Source: Bdellovibrionota bacterium (GTDB lineage Bacteria > Bdellovibrionota_C > UBA2361 > JBGSMV01). From it: 64,000 bases of DNA. Positions 9,553-18,176 of the stretch are shown here, one piece after another. The notes below the pieces were generated by a model. That model was not told the origin of the DNA. It did no database searches and was given only the letters and a program-made list of their open reading frames with translations. A program made the translations under genes and the position numbers. How positions within the stretch are numbered: position 1 is the first letter of the stretch; each line of letters opens with the position of its first letter. The DNA is taken from the NCBI GenBank assembly GCA_041739995.1, contig JBGSMV010000042.1, positions 46,046 through 110,045 on the forward strand, given 5' to 3'.

Positions 9553-10617
9553 ATGGTTTGGTTTTTACTCTTGGTAGGTCTCATTCTCCTGACCATAGGA
9601 GGGGAGTTGCTCGTACGGGCGGCCAGTCGACTTGCTATCTCATTTGGAATAGCACCCTTAGTGGTGGGACTTACTGTAGTTGCATTTGGAACAAGCAGCC
9701 CCGAACTTCTTGTAAGTGTTAGCTCGGCTCTCAAGGGAAGTTCCGACATTGCTCTCGGCAACGTGGTCGGGAGCAACATGTGCAATATCCTGTTGATTCT
9801 CGGGGTATCCGCGCTGATTGCTCCATTGATCGTACACCAACAACTCCTGCGCCTCGATATTCCCGTCATGATTGGGGTGTCTGGCTTGTCTCTGTTGGTG
9901 AGCCTTGATGGAGTGGTAAGCCGTGTAGATGGAGTGCTGCTTGTCGTTTTATTGATTGCGTATGTCGCATTCCTTGTTCGAACAGCTCGAAATGAGAAAG
10001 ATTCTCGTTTAGCGGCAGAGAATGAAGGTGCTTCAGGGTTTGTCGATCGGCTTCTGAGATCTCGCGGAGGACAGGTAGCGGGTCTTGTCGCAGGGCTAGG
10101 CGTGTTGACCGGTGGTGCTGAGGTTTTTGTTGGTGCAGCAATTGAGCTCGCGCGTCTTTTCGGAATGAGTGAGCTGGTAATCGGGCTCACCGTCGTGGCG
10201 GTGGGCACTTCGTTGCCTGAAATCGTAACCTCAGTCATTGCAACCATACGTGGAGAGCGGGACATCGCGATCGGCAATGTGGTGGGGAGTAATATCTTTA
10301 ATATTCTGTCGGTGCTTGGAATTACTTCAATAGTTTCTCCGATAGCTGTTTCTGGCGCCGCATTGACCTTCGACCTGCCGGCCATGATTGCGGTCAGTTT
10401 TGCATGTTTTCCGCTGTTCTATGTCGGCATGAAGATAGATCGATGGAAGGGGGCGCTGTTCCTAGGGTACTACCTCATTTATGTAACGTATCTTGTGCTC
10501 GATTCGAGCGGACATTCATCGGCACCGATCGTCAGCGAGGTGATGTTACTGGGAATTTCCCCAATTGTTGGCGTGACTATTCTGGCACTTGCCTACAGAG
10601 AGTTTCGAAGTGCTTGA
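9553..10617 (+). CDS. yrbG: Calcium/sodium antiporter (YrbG/CaCA family)
   Basis: two alpha repeats GTSSPE..GNVVGSN and GTSLPE..GNVVGSNIFN; about 10 TM segments. Confidence 0.93.
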   Translation: MVWFLLLVGLILLTIGGELLVRAASRLAISFGIAPLVVGLTVVAFGTSSPELLVSVSSALKGSSDIALGNVVGSNMCNILLILGVSALIAPLIVHQQLLRLDIPVMIGVSGLSLLVSLDGVVSRVDGVLLVVLLIAYVAFLVRTARNEKDSRLAAENEGASGFVDRLLRSRGGQVAGLVAGLGVLTGGAEVFVGAAIELARLFGMSELVIGLTVVAVGTSLPEIVTSVIATIRGERDIAIGNVVGSNIFNILSVLGITSIVSPIAVSGAALTFDLPAMIAVSFACFPLFYVGMKIDRWKGALFLGYYLIYVTYLVLDSSGHSSAPIVSEVMLLGISPIVGVTILALAYREFRSA

Positions 10618-10639
10618 GCAGTGCGCCTAGTTAAAGCGC

Positions 10640-11368
10640 TTACTTAATCGTTCGTAGCGTTTCAAGAAGCGCCGAAGGTTCTGCTCTCTTCGTATAATCA
10701 GCGTCAACAAACGAATATCGAATAGTTCTCTCGCCATCCACCACAAAGGTGGCCGCAAGCGGAAGCTCCCACGAGTCTACGCCGTGAGCTTTGGGCAAAT
10801 TGATTCCAAAGCCTTCATACACACCGCGAAGGTCGTTACCGAGTGCGAATACAATTCCAAGGGAGCGTGCATAGGTGTTGTTTTGATCGCTCAATACGAC
10901 AAATTCCAGCTCATTTTTTGCTTTGGTCGAGAGAGCCTGATCGGGAAGTTCAGGAGATATCGCGATTAACTTGGCGTTTAGGGCCAATATTTCAGAGAGA
11001 TGCTGTTGGTACTCATGTAATTGGATGTTGCAGTAGGGGCACCAACCACCTCGATAAAAAGTGACAATGGCGGACTTCCCCTCAAGTTCCTTGGAAAGGG
11101 ACGTTTTTTGGCCCGTTGCGGTTATGAAGTTGCCGTCGGGGAGCTCGGCACCAACTTTTGGTGCGTGTTCGGTGAGCTCAGATGCGGCAAGGGCGGCGGT
11201 CGCTGAGGTCATGATGCGACGAGATTCAGGGGGAGTTTTTCCAGAACCAGAAGAGCGTTTGGCGTCAAGTTTCTCTTGGAGGGACTCGGCCATGCTGTTT
11301 TGTGGAGTCAGAAAGGTAAAACTACATATTACTATAGCGAAGAATGCGAGTATCAGACGTTTCTGCAT
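10640..11368 (-). CDS. Exported peroxiredoxin-like AhpC/TSA family protein
   Basis: FYRGGWCPYCN thioredoxin-fold motif, signal peptide. Confidence 0.88.
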   Translation of the reverse strand: MQKRLILAFFAIVICSFTFLTPQNSMAESLQEKLDAKRSSGSGKTPPESRRIMTSATAALAASELTEHAPKVGAELPDGNFITATGQKTSLSKELEGKSAIVTFYRGGWCPYCNIQLHEYQQHLSEILALNAKLIAISPELPDQALSTKAKNELEFVVLSDQNNTYARSLGIVFALGNDLRGVYEGFGINLPKAHGVDSWELPLAATFVVDGERTIRYSFVDADYTKRAEPSALLETLRTIK

Positions 11369-11452
11369 GGGAGCTCCCTAGGTAAAGTGAGTATGACGCA
11401 GCTCTGGAGCCTATCGTCGCTCGCAGGTGAGCACAAATCGAGTGGAGAAGCC

Positions 11453-12031
11453 CTAGACCCCGTACTTTTTCTTCAGGCGGTCGAAAAGTTCGCAAGCCTC
11501 TGTGGGATTAGTGGAAAGCATTTCGGCGTAGCCGCGCGTGTCGGTATTGAAGTCTCTAAAGATGTCCGAGCTTTTTCGTCCTGCATCGACTTCTTTTTGA
11601 AGAAGTCCGTGCAGCTCCATTTGTTTGATTGCCGCATCCGCTACTGAGCAGGTGCCGCCACCTTTACCGCCATCTTTGGCGAGCTGCTCCATCGTGATCA
11701 TGCCTTCGGCTTCCTTTGCAAGGTTGAGCTCGTACTTTTTATCAAGTTCGGCCACCTTGGCGCAGGCTTCGGTATATTTCTCTTGGGCGATCAATTCGCT
11801 CACGGTGCCGCTCTCGGTTTGAAGGCCGGCGGCAAACTTAGTCATCCCTTCGCCACCAATCGCGAAATATTTACCTACCACTTTGTTGAGCGCCAGCATT
11901 TTGTTGTTAGCTTGATTTGAGTCGCAGCTGTTACCGCCTGAACATGAAGTGAGGTTCATGCACAGCAATAGGATGCCTACGGGGACAAGCAGCCAGCGGA
12001 AGGGAAGAAAGGGTAGGGTGATGTGTTTCAT
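11453..12031 (-). CDS. Hypothetical lipoprotein with two internal Cys-pair repeats
   Basis: LTSC lipobox; EACAKVAELDKKYEL and EACELFDRLKKKYGV repeats; start inferred at MKHITL. Confidence 0.6.
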   Translation of the reverse strand: MKHITLPFLPFRWLLVPVGILLLCMNLTSCSGGNSCDSNQANNKMLALNKVVGKYFAIGGEGMTKFAAGLQTESGTVSELIAQEKYTEACAKVAELDKKYELNLAKEAEGMITMEQLAKDGGKGGGTCSVADAAIKQMELHGLLQKEVDAGRKSSDIFRDFNTDTRGYAEMLSTNPTEACELFDRLKKKYGV

Positions 12032-12165
12032 GCGCCCGAACAAATCACGAAATCGATTGTGTTTCCAGCGCAAAATGCGTGAGTCGTTACTCAATGGCGT
12101 GAGGTCTCTGGGATGGATTGAAAGGGTGGCACGGTGGGGCAACTCGCACCGAAGGGGGTGGCGCG

Positions 12166-12390
12166 TTACGCAATAATATCAAGAATGCTTTTATCTAACT
12201 CTTCCGCGGTTTTGATGACCTCTGCAGAAGCCTTTATCTGTATGTCAGCGGTCTTTTGATCAATGATTCCTTTGACAGGGTCTTCTGTACTCTCTGGTCG
12301 AAAGGCGCTGGTGATGCGGCTAGAGGCATCGCTCAAGCGTTCAAAGCCGTTTTTGAGTCCACGAAGACCAATACCCAATACTGAATCCAT
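12166..12390 (-). CDS. Mini flagellar rod/hook-terminus-like protein (Flg_bbr_C-like)
   Basis: N-terminal GLRGL..ASSRIT and C-terminal ASAEVIKTAEELDKSILDIIA resemble rod/hook D0 termini. Confidence 0.7.
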   Translation of the reverse strand: MDSVLGIGLRGLKNGFERLSDASSRITSAFRPESTEDPVKGIIDQKTADIQIKASAEVIKTAEELDKSILDIIA

Positions 12391-12398
12391 GAGGTGAT

Positions 12399-12425
12399 GG
12401 ATCGTCTTTGTTGGCCAAAGGCTTA
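12399..12425 (-). promoter_or_regulatory. Candidate sigma28 (FliA) promoter
   Basis: TAAG-N15-GACGATCC on minus strand, 8 nt before the ATG at 12390. Confidence 0.6.
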
Positions 12426-12556
12426 AGCTTTGGTGGCATTTGCATCACAAACAAGACCGGTCTTGGCTGTAATTGACTGAAGTTCTTATTGTTTTCGGCG
12501 ATGTTGGTGCGGGTGGCGCCTGCTGGTGAGCAACTCTCGATCGAAACATCCGATTA

Positions 12557-12992
12557 TAACACGGTGGACGCGGGGGGCACGGAGGATGATTCTTAAAGAA
12601 CTCACAGGGTAGGTTATTGACGCAGCAATTAAGGTGCACTCAGCACTTGGGCCAGGGCTCTTTGAGCAGGGCTATCAAGTCTGTCTTCAGCACCAACTTT
12701 TGATGAGAGAGGTAAGAGTCTTTTCGGAAGTTGGAATTCCAGTCATCTACGACGGTGTCTAGCTAGAGGTTGGTTAAAGAGTCGACCTCTAGGTCGAAGA
12801 CCTTTTAATAGTTGAGCGTAAGTCCGTAGAGCGCCTTGCCCTCGTACACAAGGCCCAGCTACTTACCTATCTTAAACTTGCACACAAACCAGTTGGGCTA
12901 TTCCTTAACTTCAACGTCCCTCATCTTAGAGACGGAATTGTTCGAGCAGTTAACTCGCCGCACCCTGCGTGTCCCCCGAGACCTCCGCGTTA
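12557..12992. repeat. Imperfect 29-bp inverted repeats flanking the GxxExxY pseudogene
   Basis: 12557-12585 and 12964-12992 match at 23/29 as reverse complements. Confidence 0.8.
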
Positions 12993-12993
12993 A
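12586..12993 (+). pseudogene. GxxExxY PD-(D/E)xK nuclease family pseudogene
   Basis: manual translation: VHSALGPGLFEQGY..RVDL*VEDLLIVERK..HKAQLLTYLKL..LFLNFNV; in-frame stops at 12610, 12760, 12775, 12790; GGAGG directly before ATG. Confidence 0.92.
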
Positions 12994-13063
12994 AAATTTC
13001 GTTGCAAATTACCACAGCTAGCCCAGAGCATTTTCGACAGCCAAGCAAAGCTCGGAAACTGCC

Positions 13064-13969
13064 CTAGGCGATATCTTTAAGGTTTTCTACGATCATAGTA
13101 CCCACGCCTTCGTTTAAGAACAGCTCCATGAGCAAAGAGTCACTCCTGGTTCCGTCTATTATATGGGCGCGGTGCACACCGCCCTTTATCGCTTCAAGGC
13201 AAGCTTGGACTTTGGGCAACATGCCCGCCGTAACCTTGCCCGCTTCGACCATATCTTGAATCTGTTCAATATCAGCGTAGGAGACCAAAGAGGTTGGTTC
13301 AGATACGGAACGAAGCAGTCCAGGAACGTTCGAAAGTACGATCAGTTTTTCAGCGCCGATCGATTGTGCGACCTTAGAAGCAAGTGTGTCGGCATTGATA
13401 TTAAAAATCTGCCCGCTCGTGCTCGCCGCTATCGGTGAAATTACAGGGACAAGATTTTCCTTAAGAAACTTGCCTATCAGCTCCGTATTTATGGACTCGA
13501 TCACGCCGACGTTCTCGAAGTCCACTAATTCAGTGCCGCCTTGATCTGATTGGACACGAAGTGGGGGACGCTTTGACGCAAGCACGATTTGAGCATCGGC
13601 ACCCGAAAGCCCTAGTGCACGCACTCCATGTTTACCGAGTGCCGTGGTTACTGATGTGGCCAGTTCGCCACAGAACACCATTACGGCAGCCTTCAGCGTC
13701 TGGTCGTCGGTGATACGTCGGCCCGCCTTTTTTACGGTCTCTAGCCCAAGTCTTTTGCTCAGCACATCAAGCTGAGGGCCACCACCGTGTATCAGCACAA
13801 CCTTCATGCCAATGTGATGAATCAAGCTAATCTGACGGGCGACGTTTTCAAGTACCGCTCCAGTGCAGAGTTCGCCGCCAAGTTTTAGGACAAATGTCTT
13901 GCCCTGAAACTCACGTACATAAGGGAGAATTTCTGTAAGCGCTTCGATACGGTTCATGGTGTTCCTCAT
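13064..13969 (-). CDS. argB: N-acylglutamate kinase
   Basis: LPYVREFQGKTFVLKLGG, IHGGGPQ, NINAD, GMLPKV, C-terminal ELFLNEGVGT. Confidence 0.95.
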   Translation of the reverse strand: MRNTMNRIEALTEILPYVREFQGKTFVLKLGGELCTGAVLENVARQISLIHHIGMKVVLIHGGGPQLDVLSKRLGLETVKKAGRRITDDQTLKAAVMVFCGELATSVTTALGKHGVRALGLSGADAQIVLASKRPPLRVQSDQGGTELVDFENVGVIESINTELIGKFLKENLVPVISPIAASTSGQIFNINADTLASKVAQSIGAEKLIVLSNVPGLLRSVSEPTSLVSYADIEQIQDMVEAGKVTAGMLPKVQACLEAIKGGVHRAHIIDGTRSDSLLMELFLNEGVGTMIVENLKDIA

Positions 13970-13991
13970 TCCTCAGTGTCACAGTTCTTTG

Positions 13992-15023
13992 TCACAGGTC
14001 AGTTTTAAGAATTTTTAAAAGCAAAGCATTCTGGGCGTGCATTCGGTTCGCCGCTTGCTGCTCAGTAAGGCTGCGTTTGCTGTCCAGTACTTCATCCGCT
14101 ACTTCAACGTTCCGTCTTACCGGTAGGCAGTGCATGAAGTAAGAATCATTTCCGTGAGCCATGACTTCCTGGTCCATTATCCAAGGAAGCAACGACTTGC
14201 GATGTTCTAGTTCAAGTTCGCGGTGTCCTATAAAGCCAGGAGGTGTCCAACTCTTTGCGTATACAATATCAGCTCCTCGAACCGCCTGTTCTTGCTCATA
14301 GAAGACCTCGACGGATCCACCAGAACTGCCTGCGGCACTCTGAATCATAGACATTATCTTTGGATCGAAGTCGTAGCCTTCCGGATGGGCAATGCGCAGT
14401 TGCAGCCCAAGTTGTGCGGCAATCAGCGCCGTGGAGTGAGGAACCGCAAGAGGAAGTTGTTTGGGGTGCGGTGCCCAAGAGAGGGTAAAAACCTTGCCGT
14501 GTAGCTTGTTGCCGAAAGTTTCGCGCAATGTGAGGGCATCGGCCAAGGCCTGACAGGGATGCCAGCAGCTTCCTTCCATACTAATAAGGGGAATATCAAG
14601 ATGCTTGGTGAAGGCCGAGAGCACTGGTTCATCTCGGTCTTCCTCCCAAGAGGAAAGCTTGGAGAATGCTCTGACGCACACCGCATCAAAGTACTGAGAA
14701 AGCACTCCCGCTGCATCTTTGATGTGCTCAGTGCGGTCCCTATACATCATGGCACCGTCCGCAAATTCCAGAGTCCACGAGTCGGCTCCTGGGGAGAGGA
14801 CGACCGATTGTCCGCCGAGGCGAGCAATACCGGACTGAAAGGAGGCTCTAGTGCGCAGAGACGGGTTAAAAAACATAAGAGCAAGTACTCGCCCTGAAAG
14901 AGACGAGGAGAAGTCACGCCAGTGGCTTGATTTTCCCTTGGCTGCGAGTGCAAGGGCTTCGTCCAGCTCTTGGAGCGTCAAATCTGAAGTGCTTATAATT
15001 GATCTAGAAGATTTAGAAACCAT
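13992..15023 (-). CDS. argF: N-acyl-ornithine carbamoyltransferase ArgF' (succinyl-type signature)
   Basis: FFNPSLRT, WTLEF..EHIKD, HPCQ, WAPHPKQLPLAV, HCLPVRRN motifs of the AOTCase/SOTCase group. Confidence 0.92.
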   Translation of the reverse strand: MVSKSSRSIISTSDLTLQELDEALALAAKGKSSHWRDFSSSLSGRVLALMFFNPSLRTRASFQSGIARLGGQSVVLSPGADSWTLEFADGAMMYRDRTEHIKDAAGVLSQYFDAVCVRAFSKLSSWEEDRDEPVLSAFTKHLDIPLISMEGSCWHPCQALADALTLRETFGNKLHGKVFTLSWAPHPKQLPLAVPHSTALIAAQLGLQLRIAHPEGYDFDPKIMSMIQSAAGSSGGSVEVFYEQEQAVRGADIVYAKSWTPPGFIGHRELELEHRKSLLPWIMDQEVMAHGNDSYFMHCLPVRRNVEVADEVLDSKRSLTEQQAANRMHAQNALLLKILKTDL

Positions 15024-15076
15024 GTGTGCTGTCCTTCTTGCTGTTCCTCTTAGTCCGTCGACTATCTCAAGTTCCG

Positions 15077-16183
15077 TTACGGGAAAAGTGCGGCTGCGCA
15101 GAGCCCGGTAGTCTCAGGGATGTGGTACATCAAATTCATGTTTTGAATGGCATTTCCTGCGGCACCCTTTACCAGATTATCTAGCGTACTAATGACTACG
15201 ACTTCGCTTCCTTGTTGCCGAACGGTTATGTCACAGAAATTTGAGCCGCGTACATCGAGCACCCGTGGAGTAACGTCTCTATAGCGCATGAAGAACTCAG
15301 TCGCGCAGAATTTCCGGTAGAGTTCGACTACATCTACAGAGCCGTCGGGAATGGTAACGAAGCTTGTGGAATAGATTCCTCGCGAGAAGTTGCCAGAATG
15401 TGGAACCAGATGAATCTTGGTAGCGCCACTTTGCGCGAGGGAGAGCGCTTGCTCGATTTCTGGGCCGTGCCTATGAGTCAGTACCTCATATGAACTCATG
15501 GATTCGTTTCTTGCTGGGTGATGTGTTTTGGCGGTGGCGGTCACGCCACTACCTGTGGATCCAGTCACCGCTGAGACTCTCGCAACAAGTGGATGTTTGC
15601 CAAAGTGAAGAACTAAAGGGAGAAGTCCCAGCGTTACGCAGTTTGCAAAGCAGCCTGGGTTTGCCACTAGTCGAGCAGACTTTATGCCGTCACGGGAAAC
15701 CTCCGGCGTGCCATACACCGCCTCGGCAATCAGTTCAGGGCAGGGGTGCTGTTGTTTATAAAACTGACTAAAGTGTTCAGCGGAAAGTCGAAAGTCTGCC
15801 CCTAGATCAATGATTCGCAGATCGCCCGAGACAAAACGCTCACATTTGGATATGGCGCCGATAACCGGAGACGACTGAGCGTGAGGTACTGCAAAGAACA
15901 ACAAATCAAGTTCCGCAAAAGCGCTATCGAGCACTTCGATAGGTGAGCCAAGCGCTGGTGGTTCAACAAAGATGAGGGGGCAAAGTCCTTCAAGCGACGG
16001 ATGCACTGACGCCACGCTTTTCCCGGCATACTCTCTGGAGGTGACAAGGGCTAGATCCGCTTGGACATGGTTTAAAAGCAGGCGCATGAGCTCTAGACCG
16101 ACGTAGCCCGAGCCTCCGAATACGCCTACTTTGAGCGGTGCTCCACTCGAGGGCTGCCTCTGGTTTTCTAGAGACCTCTTCAT
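15077..16183 (-). CDS. argC: N-acyl-gamma-glutamyl-phosphate reductase
   Basis: GGSGYVG, IDLGADFRL, VANPGCF, DNLVKGAAGNAIQNMN. Confidence 0.96.
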   Translation of the reverse strand: MKRSLENQRQPSSGAPLKVGVFGGSGYVGLELMRLLLNHVQADLALVTSREYAGKSVASVHPSLEGLCPLIFVEPPALGSPIEVLDSAFAELDLLFFAVPHAQSSPVIGAISKCERFVSGDLRIIDLGADFRLSAEHFSQFYKQQHPCPELIAEAVYGTPEVSRDGIKSARLVANPGCFANCVTLGLLPLVLHFGKHPLVARVSAVTGSTGSGVTATAKTHHPARNESMSSYEVLTHRHGPEIEQALSLAQSGATKIHLVPHSGNFSRGIYSTSFVTIPDGSVDVVELYRKFCATEFFMRYRDVTPRVLDVRGSNFCDITVRQQGSEVVVISTLDNLVKGAAGNAIQNMNLMYHIPETTGLCAAALFP

Positions 16184-17244
16184 GGAAGCTCCTCACCGAA
16201 AACTTGCTTGTATACAATCCCTGCGAACTCCCTGCCATCGCGCATAGCATTAGCTGCCTGCAATTTGAGTCTTGAACGAATGAAGTTTTTGCCCACGTCA
16301 TTATCTGTGCAGGGGCCACAAATCACGGTTATTTCGTGGCATGGATGGTCGGACGGGAGGTTCGACAAGAACTCGTGAGCGCCCCAAGCAGCTACTGGAT
16401 CGTTTGCACTTACCACGTGGGCAGAGGTAAATTTCATAATCTCTGGATCAGAAAGAATCGACATTGTGCCGTACTCGCCCATGATGCCGTCACCAAGTTC
16501 TAACACGATGCAGTCTGGCTTCTTCTCGCTGAGAGCTGCGATGACGCCTTTTGCTGAAGTAACTGCGTTGTCCGCAGTTGAAGTAACTATACCCGCGTCG
16601 GTAAAGTTCAGCACCGCGACTGCGCCGCAATCTGCCATTGCAAGCGTATCGCGCATTAGGCTTACGCCCGTGAGCTTTGCCGCGCAGACCTTCTTCCCGG
16701 CGCGAGTAATGTGTTTCACCAACTCACAGGCCGCTCTGGTTTTCCCAGCATCCATGCAAGTTCCAGAAATAACAATGAGTGGGGCGGCGTGGGGCAGGTC
16801 TTGTCGGGGGCGAATTTCGCCTTCGAGAATGGACGCTGGGGAACCGACACGTTGCAGAAAGTTAGGAAAATGCTGTACTGCTCCAAGCACTTCCATGTCT
16901 ATGGGACGTCCGAGTTCAGCGTTGTCGCTAGTGCACTTGCCGACCACGCCTCCCAGATTCAGTATCTGCAACGTTTCACCGACCTTAATGGATTGAGGCA
17001 CAATGCCACTGAATCCCTTTAAGGCGTTACGGGGACCCAAGACGCCAACTACGACGTCATCACGATAGAGGCGGCTCATGCGCCCGGAAGCCAGCTCGAT
17101 GGTGTTATAGTCAGAGCGCTCGTTGAGCAGGCGCCCAGCGATGATGAAGCCCTCTTTCGCGGTGATGTCGGGTGAAAGCGTGAGCTCAGACGAGAGCTTG
17201 GCGTTTCGAGCGGCGGAAGCGATTTTATCAGCGACAATTTTCAT
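16180..17244 (-). CDS. DUF1611-like P-loop protein
   Basis: SGTCMDAGKT P-loop, AAKLTG, ELGDG; stop overlaps argC start (ATGA). Confidence 0.7.
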   Translation of the reverse strand: MKIVADKIASAARNAKLSSELTLSPDITAKEGFIIAGRLLNERSDYNTIELASGRMSRLYRDDVVVGVLGPRNALKGFSGIVPQSIKVGETLQILNLGGVVGKCTSDNAELGRPIDMEVLGAVQHFPNFLQRVGSPASILEGEIRPRQDLPHAAPLIVISGTCMDAGKTRAACELVKHITRAGKKVCAAKLTGVSLMRDTLAMADCGAVAVLNFTDAGIVTSTADNAVTSAKGVIAALSEKKPDCIVLELGDGIMGEYGTMSILSDPEIMKFTSAHVVSANDPVAAWGAHEFLSNLPSDHPCHEITVICGPCTDNDVGKNFIRSRLKLQAANAMRDGREFAGIVYKQVFGEELP

Positions 17245-17264
17245 ATGCGTTCCCTATTATGTTT

Positions 17265-17918
17265 TCACTTAAGCTTGGGGCTCTCTCGTCCAGAGATTGA
17301 ATTCAGAATTCGTAGGGTGCGAGGCGCGTCTTCCTCGGTCACCACCATCATGAGCTCAGTCCAGCAGCTCATCTCTTCGACCACGTTCACTCCCTGCTCA
17401 GCGAGCACCCCGTAGATGAACGACACCACCCCGGGGGTTGATTCTAGGCGCTCATCAAACAGCATTGAGATTTGAACGAGGTCAGCGCTGGTCTTTTTTA
17501 TCTTACCTCGGAACTGTGCGCGAATTTCGGGTAGGTAATCCTGATTGGTGATCAGCACCAACACTTCAGCGCCTTCAATCAGGTGAAAGTCTCCGCGCTC
17601 TTGTCGCACAAAGGACTGAAGGCGATGCAGCTTCTCAAAGTCGCGGGGCTTTTCAACGATGGCAACCGCCATTTGGTTGGTAGTGCGGATCGAGACACTT
17701 TTAAGGAGTGCACGCACCTTGGTCTCAAGCGACTCTTTTCCTTTTACGCGCTCAGAGTAGCGACGGCATGCCACCAGCACAGCATCAAAGTGTTTATCGC
17801 CAAACTCCTCGCAGATTTCCCGTGAGAGCGCAGAATAGTTTATCAGACCGCGCTTAAGGCAGTCCCGCACACTAGGACGCTCTGAGATGTAGTGCTGGGT
17901 GAGGCGGGTGATAGACAT
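17265..17918 (-). CDS. ACT-domain protein with helical N-terminal domain (archaeal-type putative regulator)
   Basis: DCLKRGLINYSALSREI N-terminal motif; C-terminal TPGVVSFIYGVLAEQGVNVVEEMSCWTE ACT signature; start inferred at MSITRL. Confidence 0.8.
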   Translation of the reverse strand: MSITRLTQHYISERPSVRDCLKRGLINYSALSREICEEFGDKHFDAVLVACRRYSERVKGKESLETKVRALLKSVSIRTTNQMAVAIVEKPRDFEKLHRLQSFVRQERGDFHLIEGAEVLVLITNQDYLPEIRAQFRGKIKKTSADLVQISMLFDERLESTPGVVSFIYGVLAEQGVNVVEEMSCWTELMMVVTEEDAPRTLRILNSISGRESPKLK

Positions 17919-17988
17919 GGGCGAGAAAAGAGATTGGGGGTTTGGGCGCGCTGCGCCCGCTATCGATTTCGCAATCTTGGTCAACAGT

Positions 17989-18093
17989 GTCCAGCATTGG
18001 ACTACTCTGATTGTTTATCAATGCGAGCTGCGGATCAAGGGCAACGACAGGTCTCAAGCCCGAAGACGGACATAATTGTCCTATATCGGACAA
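17989..18093. promoter_or_regulatory. Two GTCC-N6-GGAC palindromes in the divergent ACT-gene/argG intergenic region
   Basis: GTCCAGCATTGGAC at 17989-18002; TTGTCCTATATCGGACAA at 18076-18093; extra half-site CGGACA at 18067. Confidence 0.6.
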
Positions 18094-18176
18094 GAGAGTT
18101 CTTCGCAGTTGGAGCTATTCTTGATGTTCGTGATAGCCTTTAGCCTCACGTTACGATCAATCAAGGTGAGCGAGAG

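Noticed and set aside
9498..10385. 295-aa antisense ORF and similar shadow ORFs (e.g. 984-1628, 21873-22484, 24248-24787, 56984-57553)
   Set aside because: They overlap better-supported genes on the opposite strand and have no motifs
12586..12993. Stop-codon recoding of the GxxExxY gene
   Set aside because: Stops are mixed TAG/TAA, fall at positions expected to encode different residues, and TAG terminates many normal genes here
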